A DNA stretch of 64,000 bases, taken from the NCBI GenBank assembly GCA_965248925.1, contig CBDFLE010000006.1, positions 4,736,001 to 4,800,000 on the forward strand, in the 5' to 3' direction. Source of the stretch: Candidatus Multivoradales bacterium (GTDB lineage: Bacteria; Acidobacteriota; Thermoanaerobaculia; Multivoradales; J023). Below, one piece after another: positions 48,801 through 58,681 of the stretch. Below the pieces are notes generated by a model. The model had not been told where the DNA came from, searched no databases, and worked only from the letters and a program-made list of their open reading frames with translations. The translations under genes were made by a program, and so were the position numbers. Each line of letters opens with the position of its first letter. The stretch's first letter is position 1.

Positions 48801-49664
48801 ATGGGCCTCGGCGACCGCGCTGGCCAGCCGGTCGAGGTCTTCGCGGCCGGCGCTCAGATCGGCGCTGTCGCGGCTCAATTCGGCACTCAGCCCGGCGTCT
48901 TGGTCGACCTCCTGGTGCAGCCGCTGTTCGAGTTCGGCGAGCGCTAGGCTGAGCAGCGACCAGCGGCCGAAGAGCACCAGCTTGAGCAAGCCTAGGTGGG
49001 TGCCCTCGTGCAGGCGGTAACGTCGAGCGGCGCTGGCTTGGCGCTTGAGTGAGCGCAGCGCCCGTTCGACCTCGGAGATGATGTCATCGAGGCGCAGCAG
49101 GTTGCCGGTGACTTCTTCGAGCTTGACCTCGGCGATCCGTTTGCGCGCCTTGTAGCGGGTGATGCCGGCAGCTTCTTCGAGCAGCTTGCGGCGCTCCTGC
49201 GGTTTGCCGGACAAGATCATGCCGATCTTGCCCTGCTCGATCACCGAATAGGCGCGGATACCCAGGCCAGTGTCCATCAGCAAGTCCTTGACCTGCTTCA
49301 GGCGGACGACCTTGCCATTCAGCCGATACTGCGAGTCGCCACTACGAAAAACCCGTCGGCCGATCGACAACTTGCCGTCTTCGGCATATTCGAAAGACGG
49401 ATCGGTGAGTAGTTCCAGAGTGACCTCGCCCATCCCCAGCGGCTGGCGCTTGTCCGAACCGTTGAAGATCACATCTTCCATCGTCCGGCTGCGCAGCGAT
49501 TTGGCGCTCTGCTCCCCCAGCACCCAGGTAATGGCGTCTGAGAGGTTCGATTTGCCGCAGCCGTTGGGGCCGACGATAGCCGTGATACCACCGGCGAAAG
49601 ACACCTCGACCGGGTCCGGAAAGGACTTGAATCCAGCTATCTGCAGTCGGTGGAGCTTCATCAT
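45861..49664 (-). CDS. smc: Chromosome segregation protein SMC
   Basis: GFKSF, GPNGCGKSN, EDVIFNGS, IEQG, LGPVN, LSGGEKALTA, PFCILDEVDAPLD, VTHN. Confidence 0.95.
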   Translation of the reverse strand: MMKLHRLQIAGFKSFPDPVEVSFAGGITAIVGPNGCGKSNLSDAITWVLGEQSAKSLRSRTMEDVIFNGSDKRQPLGMGEVTLELLTDPSFEYAEDGKLSIGRRVFRSGDSQYRLNGKVVRLKQVKDLLMDTGLGIRAYSVIEQGKIGMILSGKPQERRKLLEEAAGITRYKARKRIAEVKLEEVTGNLLRLDDIISEVERALRSLKRQASAARRYRLHEGTHLGLLKLVLFGRWSLLSLALAELEQRLHQEVDQDAGLSAELSRDSADLSAGREDLDRLASAVAEAHQRHADLAATIEGRQEYLKGARQTRQEIVERHSRGQQHAAERNRSSAADQNSLGELDQRSQELVSERDAAAEQVAEDDRLIAAADQALVESEGGLVEQRQRQQRTAAEVEQLRAAMQREQIEIERRTFRRRFLEEERGNIGQQLAEASQRLAEIETRVTAARGQQQEGQQQRQQMGADLDRALAAEAKLGDERRQLESKLAGDRQRQQILAELSAEHAERRRSLIEILSGIGLDQPRFLADLVRPVEGWEHGIDHFLGQLADAVVLTPGDDGLALADRLANANASGIFLLPQMAGSASGTSFGSTSPGTNDAQTKIDDPAISQPLASALGLSEELGRALPPAFLVNSVDDAARLASQHPGVAFISRQRHWALAGTLRVQREQAAPGILARESELETLAECIPQNELRLEEKTLQLRQLVDQRTALAGEIRRLDERLARLEREIAVDQARRQDSLGRRDKFAASIATIAEEQQEIDRQIGTATKQKQELAERLAEAEKGLRQAVEEIAEAVAAVDAARQQREAVRTAGAGRRGKLELLEERLQSQQRQGARMRRQLAESHRQIQLWSEEEDALATRLRELELNMEKAEETLQIALEQRAGAQEAVLIAQTALDQRRQQVRTLEDRVETHRRAREDYRGRIEELRIERAGLRQDSEHQARAYFEAFDRYLPGTLPRPQEQLGLAAGDETDDPAANDTAAELDPATLLAGEVTEAGDPAVEASTDDGEPEQLEEGETAAAAAVMVEEDDLPEAVDRERLAQLEAELADCKRILERLGPVNVLAAEEYDEQDERHGFLTTQRGDIASSMESLRNTIREINEVSSERFLETFEAVNSTFSEMFTRLFRGGEASMGLLDPEDPLDTGIEIVARPPGKRPQSIMLLSGGEKALTAIALLFALFKTKPSPFCILDEVDAPLDDANVLRFVDCLREMAQDTQFLVVTHNKLSMEVAGTLYGVTMEERGVSKLVAVEVEDLHPEATAATA

Positions 49665-49839
49665 GATCGCCAGGTCCGTAGGTCCGTTGAAGGGAGGCGG
49701 GAAGATAGCAGACCCCCGATCGAACCACAAGGAGTAGGGGTTGAGAATCTCGACGCCGCTATATGTGACTATTCTAGCGCGGCCGGTCCAGGCGGTCCAG
49801 GCTAGATCTGGACTCATTACCAAGCGGCTCCGGGGTCGC

Positions 49840-50436
49840 TTAGCGGGCTTCGCCGCGTTCGGGAAGCAACTCGCGGAGGAAGAAGGCAGCCCACAGTAGC
49901 AGCGGCATGGCGAGGCGGAAGGGGAGGTCGAGCAGATGCTTGGCGAGGCCCCAGAAATTGCGCCCCCAAGCGCCGTAATTGTCCATGCTCCAGCTGTCGA
50001 GTTGGGTGGCGTAGACGAATTTGACCCAGCAGAAGAGCAAGACGACGTGGAAGCACACCGACAGCAGGGTCGCCCAGCCGAGGCCGCCGAGGCGCCGCCG
50101 CCAGCCGACCCCGGGCACCGCCAAGAAAAAGGCGCCCATTAGAATCAGCGGGAAGTGGGTGTCGGTGACCCGCACTGAGTAGAGGGCGCCGCGGGAGGTT
50201 GGGAAGTCGGTGCGGGTGACTACAAAGTAGTGGCGGTCGCGGACCTGCAAGCGGGTTACCGACGGCCGCTCGCTGAGCCGCACTAGATTCTCGGCGGCGC
50301 GGGTCAGGAAGAGATTGTAGACCGGCGTGGCCAGCACCCAGAGCAGAATCACCGGTGTCAGCCAGAGCAAGACGCCGACGATGAAACGGCTAGCCCAGGA
50401 GCGCTGCGTTGGCCGTTCGCGGCGCGCCTTGCTCAT
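49840..50436 (-). CDS. Membrane protein, exosortase H-associated-like
   Basis: Four predicted TM segments; directly downstream of the exosortase. Confidence 0.6.
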   Translation of the reverse strand: MSKARRERPTQRSWASRFIVGVLLWLTPVILLWVLATPVYNLFLTRAAENLVRLSERPSVTRLQVRDRHYFVVTRTDFPTSRGALYSVRVTDTHFPLILMGAFFLAVPGVGWRRRLGGLGWATLLSVCFHVVLLFCWVKFVYATQLDSWSMDNYGAWGRNFWGLAKHLLDLPFRLAMPLLLWAAFFLRELLPERGEAR

Positions 50437-50449
50437 CGCTGCTCGCGGT

Positions 50450-51028
50450 TCATTCCGCCGCCGCCGGACGGGCCGGGGCGGTGGCGAAACGGTTGGCCCA
50501 GAAAATCCACAGCAGCACGCCGCAGAGAATCACGATGGTTTGCCAAATCACCGTATGTGAGCTGTCGAAGAGGGCCGGGAAGTAGGCGCCGGTGAGAAAA
50601 AGGGCCACCACCCGCACCAGGTTGATGGCCTGGATGGCGAGGAAGCCCAACACCAAGCCGATGCCTCGCGCCTTCCATGGGCTGGGGAAGGCGAGCACCG
50701 CGGCGAGGAAGATGATCATGGTCTCGATCCCATTGCAGCCGTTCTTGATGTTGACGGCGAATTTCGGACTGCGGATGATCGTGCCGCGCATCTCGATGTC
50801 TTGGCCGATGACCTTGAGCGCCACGCCGCTGGCTTTGGCGACGCCGCCGGTGAAGGGCTCGACGGCGTGATCGTTGACCCAATTTAGCGACAGCAGGGTG
50901 AAGCCGCCGCCAAGGATCAGCACAAAGAGCAGCAAGAACTGGATTTCGAGCTTGTAGGCCCGCCAGCCGCCGGCTGCTTGTTGGTTAGGGCGTTCGGTCG
51001 CGGGGGTGTTGGTTTTCTTCTTCGCCAT
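50450..51028 (-). CDS. xrtH: Exosortase H
   Basis: FAVNIKNGCNGIE (Cys), AFPSPWK, NLVRVVALF (Arg), HTVIWQ (His). Confidence 0.85.
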   Translation of the reverse strand: MAKKKTNTPATERPNQQAAGGWRAYKLEIQFLLLFVLILGGGFTLLSLNWVNDHAVEPFTGGVAKASGVALKVIGQDIEMRGTIIRSPKFAVNIKNGCNGIETMIIFLAAVLAFPSPWKARGIGLVLGFLAIQAINLVRVVALFLTGAYFPALFDSSHTVIWQTIVILCGVLLWIFWANRFATAPARPAAAE

Positions 51029-51103
51029 GGTGCGGGGGGATTGTACCCGCAGTGGCGCCCGGCGGGAAGCGCGGCGCCGGTCCTGCCGCCGCGCACTCAC
51101 TCG

Positions 51104-51132
51104 TTGACAACCTCGGTCGGCAGCCTTAGCAT
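51104..51132 (+). promoter_or_regulatory. Putative sigma70 promoter of the pyr operon
   Basis: TTGACA-17 nt-TAGCAT. Confidence 0.6.
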
Positions 51133-51285
51133 CGTTCGGGTCCCACGGACCCCTAGACAACTATTCGCCGAGACGGTATCTGCTGCGTCGGTATCTGTCG
51201 AGACGGTGTTTGCCCAGAGTTGTGCCACGTTCGCTGGCACGATGGGGAAGGGTGCGGCGGGGTCGCCGCTGGAGAGCTTGCCAGG

Positions 51286-51861
51286 ATGGACGCTAGAACT
51301 GAATTCGAGTCTTGCCGGGTGCTGATGGACCGGGCCGAGATCGGTCGGGTGGTGCGGCGCATGGCGGTGCAGTTGGTTGAGCTGGAGCCGCGGCTTGAGC
51401 GGATGTTGCTGGTCGGTATCCGCACCCGTGGTTTGCCGCTGGCCGAGCGGTTGGCGGATGAGATCGAGGCTATCGAGGGTCTGCGACCACCGATCGGTGC
51501 GCTCGATATCACCCTCTATCGTGACGATTTGTCGACTATCGGACCGCAGCCGGTGGTGGGCGAGACCAGCTTTCCTGTGCCCCTGGACGATCGGGTGGTG
51601 GTGCTGGCCGACGATGTGCTCTACACCGGTCGGACGGTGCGGGCGGCTCTTGACGAGCTATCCGACTGGGGGCGGCCGAGTGTTGTCCGCCTGGCGGTGT
51701 TGGTCGACCGCGGTCGCCGCGAGCTGCCGATTCAAGCCGATGTGGTGGGTCGGCTGATGCAGACCAGTGCCGAGGAGTTGGTCGAAGTGGCGCTCGAGGC
51801 GACGGATGGCTGCGACGAAGTGCGGCTGCTGCGGCCGCTGGCAGGAGGAGCGCGGCAATGA
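51286..51861 (+). CDS. pyrR: Bifunctional pyr regulator / uracil phosphoribosyltransferase
   Basis: [42 protein letters not shown]. Confidence 0.95.
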   Translation: MDARTEFESCRVLMDRAEIGRVVRRMAVQLVELEPRLERMLLVGIRTRGLPLAERLADEIEAIEGLRPPIGALDITLYRDDLSTIGPQPVVGETSFPVPLDDRVVVLADDVLYTGRTVRAALDELSDWGRPSVVRLAVLVDRGRRELPIQADVVGRLMQTSAEELVEVALEATDGCDEVRLLRPLAGGARQ

Positions 51862-52853
51862 CCCCACCCTCCAAGACCGCATCTTCCAAGACCGCATCTT
51901 CCAAGACCGCGGTACCTGGGCGCACGTGGCGGCGCAAAGACTTGCTCGGCATCGATGAATTGGCGCCCTGGGAGATCGAGCTGGTGCTCGACACCGCTGA
52001 ATCCTTTCGCGATGTCTCGGTAAGGCCGATCAAGAAAGTGCCGACGCTGCGCGGCAAGACAGTGATCAATCTGTTCTTCGAAGCGTCCACCCGCACCCGA
52101 TCGAGCTTCGAGATTGCCGAGAAGCGGTTGTCGGCCGATTCGCTGAATTTCTCTTCCCAGTCCTCGGCCCTGACCAAGGGGGAGAGTCTGCTCGACACCG
52201 CTCGCAACCTGGAAGCGATGGCGCCTGATCTGGTGGTTATTCGCCATCAGCATCCCGGGGTGCCGCAGATGCTCGCCGCACGGCTCGACTCGGGGGTGAT
52301 CAACGCCGGCGACGGGGCCCACGAGCATCCCACCCAGGCGTTGCTCGATGCTTTTACCATCCGCCAGCACAAAGGCTCGCTAGAGGGCTTGCGGGTGATG
52401 ATCGTCGGCGATATTGAACACAGCCGGGTTGTAAGGTCGAATATCCACCTGCTGCGCAAGCTGGGCGCGCGGGTGAGCCTTGCCGGGCCCCGGCTGACCA
52501 TGCCGGTGGAGGTCGAAAGTCTAGGGGTTGAGGTATTCTGGGATCTTGATCAGGCGCTCGCTGGCCAGGACGTGGTGATGATGTTGCGAGTGCAGATGGA
52601 GCGGCACGAGAAAGCCGTGTTTCCGTCGGTCCGTGAGTACCACAAGCTGTTCGGCCTGACCTCCGCTCGCTTGGCGGCGGCGGCTGACGATGTTCTGCTG
52701 ATGCATCCTGGGCCGATGAATCGTGGAGTGGAGATCGCCAGCGAGGTGGCCGACGGGCCCCGCTCGGTGATTCTCGAGCAAGTGACCAACGGGGTCGCGG
52801 TGCGCATGGCGGTGCTCTACCTGCTGGCGGGTGTCGGCAAGGAGGCGGCATGA
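51858..52853 (+). CDS. pyrB: Aspartate carbamoyltransferase catalytic subunit
   Basis: [40 protein letters not shown]; N-terminal 15-bp tandem repeat encoding SKTAS. Confidence 0.97.
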   Translation: MTPPSKTASSKTASSKTAVPGRTWRRKDLLGIDELAPWEIELVLDTAESFRDVSVRPIKKVPTLRGKTVINLFFEASTRTRSSFEIAEKRLSADSLNFSSQSSALTKGESLLDTARNLEAMAPDLVVIRHQHPGVPQMLAARLDSGVINAGDGAHEHPTQALLDAFTIRQHKGSLEGLRVMIVGDIEHSRVVRSNIHLLRKLGARVSLAGPRLTMPVEVESLGVEVFWDLDQALAGQDVVMMLRVQMERHEKAVFPSVREYHKLFGLTSARLAAAADDVLLMHPGPMNRGVEIASEVADGPRSVILEQVTNGVAVRMAVLYLLAGVGKEAA

Positions 52854-54139
52854 GCAGGCTAGTGCTCAAAGGGGGGCGGCTGGTGGATCCGTCGCAGGGG
52901 CTGGATGGCGCTTTCGACCTGCTGATCGAGGACGGTCGGGTGGCCGAGGTGGCAGTCGGGCTCGAGGTGGATGGCGCTGAGGTCCGCCGGGTCGAGGGCT
53001 TGGTGGTAGCGCCTGGCTTTGTCGATACCGGCGTGCGACTCGGCGAGCCGGGGCACGAGTATCGCGAGACGTTGGGGGCAACCCTGCGGGCGGCAGCGGC
53101 GGGGGGATTCACCGCGATAGCCGGGCTGGCGTCGACCGCGCCGGTGGGCGATCAACGAGCGACCACCGAACTGCTGCTCAGCGAGGCCGCGCGCCATCCC
53201 TGGGCTCGGCTGTGGCCGGTGGGGGCGGTGACCCGCGGCATGGCCGGCGAGGAGTTGGCCGAGATTGGCGAGATGCGCGAGGCTGGAGCAGTGGCTTTTG
53301 GCGACGATGCGTGGCCGATCGACGACCCCGCGGTGCTGCGCCGCGCCTTGCTTTATGCTCGCCATTTCGATGCCCTGTTGGTCGAGCGGCCGCAGGATCG
53401 ACGCTTGGCCGGCGAGGGGGTGATGCACGAAGGACGTTGGTCGACCCGCCTCGGTCTGCCTGGCATTCCGCCCTTGGCGGAGGAGGTGGCGGTGGCTCGC
53501 GACCTGCTGCTGGCTGAAGAAACCGGCGGCAGGCTGCATCTGGCGCCGATCTCCACCGGTCGGGTCGTAGAGCGTCTGCGCCAGGCCAAAGCGGCGGGTC
53601 TGGCGGTGAGCTGCGCGGTGAGCGTGCATCACCTGCTACTGAGTGATCACCACCTGGCCGACAGCGGCTTCTCGCCATTCTTCAAAGTCTTGCCGCCTCT
53701 CCGCCCGGCAGCCGATGTCGAGGCGCTGCAAGCCGGCCTCGCCGACGGTACGGTGGACGCCCTCCGCAGCGATCACACCCCCTACCATGGGGACGAGGTC
53801 GAGGTGCAATTCAGCGCGGCGCCGTTTGGTATCGTTGGCCTGGAGACCGCCGTCAGCCTGTGTCTCGATCGGTTGGTCGCCGCCGGGGTGATCGGCCTGA
53901 GCCGGCTGATTGAATTGTTCTCTACCGCTCCGGCGCGGCTTTACGGACTGGATGCTGGCAGCTTGGCGGTCGGCAGTCTGGCGGATGTCACTCTGCTCGA
54001 TTTGGCGCGTTCAGTGACCGTCGAGCCGGAGAAGTTCTACGGCACGGCGCGCAATACTCCCTTCGCCGGCTGGCAGCTGCGCGGTGCCCCGGTTGGTACT
54101 TTGCTGGCGGGCCGGCCGATCGACTTGGCCGGACCTTGA
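52850..54139 (+). CDS. pyrC: Dihydroorotase-like protein, probably inactive (PyrC')
   Basis: Amidohydrolase layout ([28 protein letters not shown]) with metal-ligand His residues replaced. Confidence 0.88.
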   Translation: MSRLVLKGGRLVDPSQGLDGAFDLLIEDGRVAEVAVGLEVDGAEVRRVEGLVVAPGFVDTGVRLGEPGHEYRETLGATLRAAAAGGFTAIAGLASTAPVGDQRATTELLLSEAARHPWARLWPVGAVTRGMAGEELAEIGEMREAGAVAFGDDAWPIDDPAVLRRALLYARHFDALLVERPQDRRLAGEGVMHEGRWSTRLGLPGIPPLAEEVAVARDLLLAEETGGRLHLAPISTGRVVERLRQAKAAGLAVSCAVSVHHLLLSDHHLADSGFSPFFKVLPPLRPAADVEALQAGLADGTVDALRSDHTPYHGDEVEVQFSAAPFGIVGLETAVSLCLDRLVAAGVIGLSRLIELFSTAPARLYGLDAGSLAVGSLADVTLLDLARSVTVEPEKFYGTARNTPFAGWQLRGAPVGTLLAGRPIDLAGP

Positions 54140-54191
54140 GCGGCGGCCGGTGAGCAGAGACTTCTCTCATATTTTTCAAGGGGTTAGTGCG

Positions 54192-55058
54192 ATGTATGAA
54201 GAGCTACTCCAGACTGCGGTACGGGCTTCGCGGGGGGCTGCCGGCAAGCTGCTCGAGTACTTCGGCACCGCCGATCTCGACGTCCGGGCCAAGGGTGATT
54301 ACGATTTCGTCAGTCGGGCCGATCACGAGAGTGAGGCCTACATCTTGGGCGAAATCCGCCGCGACTTCCCTGCCCACCGGATTTTGGCGGAGGAGAGTGG
54401 GAGTTCGGGCAGCAGCGGGTCAGCGGGCGACGGAGCGGATTTTCAATGGGTGATAGACCCTCTCGACGGCACTTCGAATTTTCTTCAGGGACTGCCCTAT
54501 TGGGCGATCTCGATCGGTTGTCGCCGGGGTTCTGAGATGGTGGCAGCGGTGATTCTCGATCCTTTCGACGACCGCCTGTTCAGCGCCACCCTCGGCGGTG
54601 GGGCGTTTCTTGACGGCCAGCGTTTGTCGATCTCTCAGCGGCCGGGGTTGGACGGTGCTTTCCTCGCCACCGGTTATCCATTCAAGGCACGGCGGGCTTT
54701 GGACACCTATCTTGATGTGTTTCGCGATGTCTTTCTGCGCTCACGAGCGATTCGCCGCTGCGGTGCTGCCGCCCTCGACCTGGCTTACACCGCCGCTGGG
54801 GTCTACGACGGTTTCTTCGAGTTTCGCCTGGCGCCGTGGGATCTGGCCGCCGGTTCGTTGCTGGTACACGAAGCCGGCGGCGTGGTGACCGACCTGGATG
54901 GCGGCGAGGACTACTTGGCGGGTGGCAATGTGATTGCCGGGCCAGACTCGCTGCATGCGGAGCTGCTGGCGCTGGTGCGGCGTCACGTCGATGAGGCGCG
55001 TCTCGACCAGATCGACCCGCGTCAGGCGCCTGTTATCACTGCTCCAACAGTGGGTTGA
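54192..55058 (+). CDS. suhB: Inositol monophosphatase family protein
   Basis: ILAEE, WVIDPLDGTSNF, RRCGAAALDL, PWDLAAG. Confidence 0.9.
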   Translation: MYEELLQTAVRASRGAAGKLLEYFGTADLDVRAKGDYDFVSRADHESEAYILGEIRRDFPAHRILAEESGSSGSSGSAGDGADFQWVIDPLDGTSNFLQGLPYWAISIGCRRGSEMVAAVILDPFDDRLFSATLGGGAFLDGQRLSISQRPGLDGAFLATGYPFKARRALDTYLDVFRDVFLRSRAIRRCGAAALDLAYTAAGVYDGFFEFRLAPWDLAAGSLLVHEAGGVVTDLDGGEDYLAGGNVIAGPDSLHAELLALVRRHVDEARLDQIDPRQAPVITAPTVG

Positions 55059-55211
55059 GGGAGGGCATCTCGGGCCACCGCCAAGGCCGGTCAATGAGAT
55101 GGATTGGAGTCTCGGGCCGAGTTGGTGGATAATAGGTGGCCCTGGATAGGTTGCTCGCTCATCGAGCCGGCCAGTGGGTGCCTCGTGACCGAGGTGGATG
55201 GGACCGGGAAG

Positions 55212-56342
55212 ATGCGCCAAAGAAATTTCCTCAGCCGAGCCTGCAAGCGCTTGATCGACCGACTCCGAGGCCACTTCGCCAGGCGTCCGTCGGCCGGCGA
55301 CCGGCCGTTGTTGGAGATCCAATACCATCCGCCGAGTATTCGCTACGGGGTTTGGTACTTCTTTCTCTCGCAGCGTCAGATAGTGCGTCTGTCGGTCGTT
55401 GCCGCCCTCTACGTCAGTTTCCTGCTGTTTAGTCTAGTGGTGACTCCGGCGGCGGTGCGCAGTCGCGTTTACCAGGGGCAATACCAGAGGCTGCTAGATC
55501 AGCGAGCCCGCTTTGGCGAGCGTCTGCATCCGCTGGTCGACCTCCTAGCGGAGCTAGAGAGAGAAACCGACGCGGCGCGGATTGAGATGGCCAAGATCTA
55601 TCTGGCCTACGGCTTCAGCTATGAGGAGTCCCGCGGCCTGGGGGGATATCCCTTCGTCCCCGAGCAGATCGAGGGCGATCCGAAATATAAGAAAGAGGTC
55701 GAGCAGGGCAATCGGCTACGGGCGCGAGCCAGCGAGCAGCTCGGCGTGCTCGGCACTTTCCTTGAGGAAGTCCAGAGCTTCGAGCAGGCGGATCAGCTGC
55801 GGGTGCGCACCACGCCATCGATCGCGCCGCTGCGGGGCAGAGATTTTGTCCTCACCAGCCCCTTTGGCAGCCGCCGGGATCCGTTCACCGAGGAGTTCAA
55901 CTTCCATGCCGGCATCGATATGGCGGCGCCCACCGGCTTGCCGATCTATGCCACCGCCGACGGCGTTGTGGCTTTTGCCGGTCGCTATCCGCTGAAGCGC
56001 TCGGTGGGTTGGTGGCGCTATGGCAAGATGGTGATGATCACTCACGGCGAGCACTTCGTCAGCATCTTTGGCCACTGCGACGAGATCCTCGACCTGCGGG
56101 CCGGTCAGCGGGTGGAGAAGGGACAACAAATCGCCACCGTTGGCAACACTGGCCACAGCACCAATCCTCATCTGCACTACGAGATCCGGCGCCGTGACGA
56201 ACAAGGCGATCTCGGGCCGGTCGACCCGCGGATCTACATCCTCGATCACCGTTGGACCGAGGAGGAGCTCCTGCTGGTGCTTTCTCGCCAAACCCCCGAC
56301 GCTTCTGAATACGAACCTTTGCCGCGGATAGCCCGGCGCTGA
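55212..56342 (+). CDS. M23 metallopeptidase with N-terminal TM and coiled coil
   Basis: TSPFGSRRDP, HAGID, GNTGHSTNPHLHYE. Confidence 0.93.
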   Translation: MRQRNFLSRACKRLIDRLRGHFARRPSAGDRPLLEIQYHPPSIRYGVWYFFLSQRQIVRLSVVAALYVSFLLFSLVVTPAAVRSRVYQGQYQRLLDQRARFGERLHPLVDLLAELERETDAARIEMAKIYLAYGFSYEESRGLGGYPFVPEQIEGDPKYKKEVEQGNRLRARASEQLGVLGTFLEEVQSFEQADQLRVRTTPSIAPLRGRDFVLTSPFGSRRDPFTEEFNFHAGIDMAAPTGLPIYATADGVVAFAGRYPLKRSVGWWRYGKMVMITHGEHFVSIFGHCDEILDLRAGQRVEKGQQIATVGNTGHSTNPHLHYEIRRRDEQGDLGPVDPRIYILDHRWTEEELLLVLSRQTPDASEYEPLPRIARR

Positions 56343-56354
56343 GTCCGCCAGGCT

Positions 56355-57431
56355 CTACCAGCCAAAGCTGGCTTGGCGGGGCATCGGCTCGCCGTGGCGC
56401 TGCAAGTAGCGCAGCTCGCGGTAGCTGATCAGCTCGACGCCCGCGGCCTTGATCGCCGCTAAGGCGATGGATGAGCTGAAGAATTCGCTATCCGCCGCGC
56501 GCTGGCGCCAGTCGCAGGTCGTGGCTTTCATTTCGGCGCTGGGTAGGGCGGCGTGGATGAAGATCTCAGAGACGAAACCTGGCCTTAGCTGGCGCAAGCG
56601 TTGGCGCCAGAACTCAGCGGTTTGTTCGATGCGGGGCGGGCCTTTGACGTAGAGGAAGTCCGGATGAATCACCCCCAACTCGTCGGCCATCTCGATCAGG
56701 AATAGCGCCTTGCGCGGCCCCATCAAGTCGGGCCCAGCGATGCGGCAGGGCAGCGCATAGAGTTTGGCAATCCTGAGGTAGAGTTCGTGGTAGCTCGGCT
56801 CGAATTGCAACGTGCCCATGTGAGAATCCAGGTGGGTGACGTCGATTCCCGCCGCGAGCGCTCGGTCGAGCTGGGCTCGAAGTTCGACCTCGACCTCCGC
56901 CAAGGTTGCGTGGGCATAGACTTGTGCCGGATTGGGATACAGGAAACCGAGTTTATCCACCAGGCCCGGCACGGCTCCCGGACCACTGACTGGACCCCAT
57001 CGGTATCGCTGCCACTCGCTGGTGAGGGTCAAGTGGATTCCGAGATTGGCTCGCGGGCTCCTGCTGGCGAACTCGGCCACCCACGGGAACCAGGCGCAAG
57101 GAACCATGATCGTGGCGGAGGTCAGGCCGCCTGATCGCAAGGCCTCGGAAGTGGCCACCGAACTGGCGTGGTTCATTCCGAAGTCATCGCCGTTGATGAT
57201 CAAGACTTTGGCATCGGCAGCGAAGCCGAGTCGCTCGACGAGGGGCCTTTGGGGAGGCTGAGGCGGCTTTGCGGCGCCGGTTACGGGCCGGCCAACCGAG
57301 CCGCTGCTCCCGGCGCTGGTCTGAACTCCGCGATCGTCGAATGGTAGACCGAAGTAGGTCGCCAATGATCCGCGTGAAATCCAGCCGAGGGCCAAGAAGA
57401 AAATCACCAGGAGCGTTGATCGTCGTAGCAT
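56355..57431 (-). CDS. YdjC/ChbG-family carbohydrate deacetylase, exported
   Basis: INGDDFG, TSATIMVP, GIHLTLTSEW, THLDSHM; N-terminal hydrophobic segment. Confidence 0.88.
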   Translation of the reverse strand: MLRRSTLLVIFFLALGWISRGSLATYFGLPFDDRGVQTSAGSSGSVGRPVTGAAKPPQPPQRPLVERLGFAADAKVLIINGDDFGMNHASSVATSEALRSGGLTSATIMVPCAWFPWVAEFASRSPRANLGIHLTLTSEWQRYRWGPVSGPGAVPGLVDKLGFLYPNPAQVYAHATLAEVEVELRAQLDRALAAGIDVTHLDSHMGTLQFEPSYHELYLRIAKLYALPCRIAGPDLMGPRKALFLIEMADELGVIHPDFLYVKGPPRIEQTAEFWRQRLRQLRPGFVSEIFIHAALPSAEMKATTCDWRQRAADSEFFSSSIALAAIKAAGVELISYRELRYLQRHGEPMPRQASFGW

Positions 57432-57651
57432 CAGATGACTCCGCCTGCTGAGCAAGTTGATAGGTGCTGGTCGCGCTCGCGACAGATGAATTACCTGGCT
57501 CTCTCTTGTATACTATGTTTTGACGGCATGTGTTTCAACCGACTGCCGGCAGGAGTTGGTGTCCCGTTGGCGTCGCCCAACTGAGAATCGGATATGCTCT
57601 GTGCCTTGCTGCGGCACAATTCGAGATCACAGTAGGTTGACGGAGAACTTC

Positions 57652-58533
57652 ATGAGCAAAGTCGACAGCTCGCCGACGATGATCATTCCCCAAGGCACCG
57701 AGATCCAGATCGACGTTCACGGCCAGCTCTCGGTGCGGACTCCGGGCAATTTGGTGATCCAGAATTCGGGGCACTATGGTGAGATCGAGTCGGTGGGCGG
57801 CTCGATTCGGGTCGAGGCCAACGCTGAGGTCGAGGCGGTCAGCGTGCGCTGTGCCGAGACCTGCTACATCCAGGGCAGCCTGACTTCGTGGAAGGTCAAG
57901 GCGAAGGCGATCCATCTTGAGGAGAGCGCCCAAGCGCGGATCGTCTTGCAGGAGACCGAGTCGATCGAAATCGGCAAGAACGCCAAGCTGGTGGGCAATT
58001 TCTCGTCGGAGAAGGAGCTTTTCCTGCTCTTCTCGCGTTTTGCCCAGCAGCTGCGCTCGCTGCCCTTCTATTTCGATCGCAAACAGGAGTCACAGCTCGA
58101 ACCGCGGCGCGCCGAGGAGCGGACGGTTGCCGCGACCCCGGTTGCTGTGACCCCAGTTGCCGCGACCTCTTTAGCTGTGGGCGCGGCCGAAGTAGCCCGG
58201 CAAGCGGCCGTGCTGCAGGCCGCGGCGCCGGGGAAAGTGGCCGTCGAGGAGCTGTCTTCAAAAGTGCTGGAAGCAGGTAGGGAGCTGCCCGACCAGCTTT
58301 TTTTCGCCCTGGTGCTGCTCGAGCGAGAATCTCAGAACGAGGCCTACGGCACCACCTCCGTGCGGGTGTTAGTAGAGTTGGTCAAACTGCTCAAAGCGAG
58401 AGATTTCGAGACCCTGCTACATACTTTCACCACCTTATTTACGCGCGTGGTGGAGCCAGGCGATGATGTGCGCCGTGCCGAAGAGTTGATCGCTGGCCAT
58501 TTCGAGGCCACCGCCAAGGCCACCCCCGGTTGA
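57652..58533 (+). CDS. Bactofilin-like (polymer-forming beta-helix) protein with helical C-terminal extension
   Basis: Beta-solenoid periodicity IIPQGTEI...IRVEANAEVE...YIQGSL...IHLEESAQA...IEIGKNAKLVGNF. Confidence 0.6.
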   Translation: MSKVDSSPTMIIPQGTEIQIDVHGQLSVRTPGNLVIQNSGHYGEIESVGGSIRVEANAEVEAVSVRCAETCYIQGSLTSWKVKAKAIHLEESAQARIVLQETESIEIGKNAKLVGNFSSEKELFLLFSRFAQQLRSLPFYFDRKQESQLEPRRAEERTVAATPVAVTPVAATSLAVGAAEVARQAAVLQAAAPGKVAVEELSSKVLEAGRELPDQLFFALVLLERESQNEAYGTTSVRVLVELVKLLKARDFETLLHTFTTLFTRVVEPGDDVRRAEELIAGHFEATAKATPG

Positions 58534-58681
58534 GCGACGGCGGTTCGCGGTGAGACGTCTTGGTCGGTGGCGAGATATCGGCCATAATGTCCAGCGCCGG
58601 TTCACCGCAGTGTCGTAGCGAGTACCGAAACCCCATCGGATCCAGCGCCCATTCCCCAACATCCTTGACGAGAGGCTGGTT

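Noticed and set aside
51133-51285. PyrR-binding attenuator
   Set aside because: No AGTCCAGAGAGGCT-like binding loop or U-tailed terminator is visible; only 15-bp repeats.
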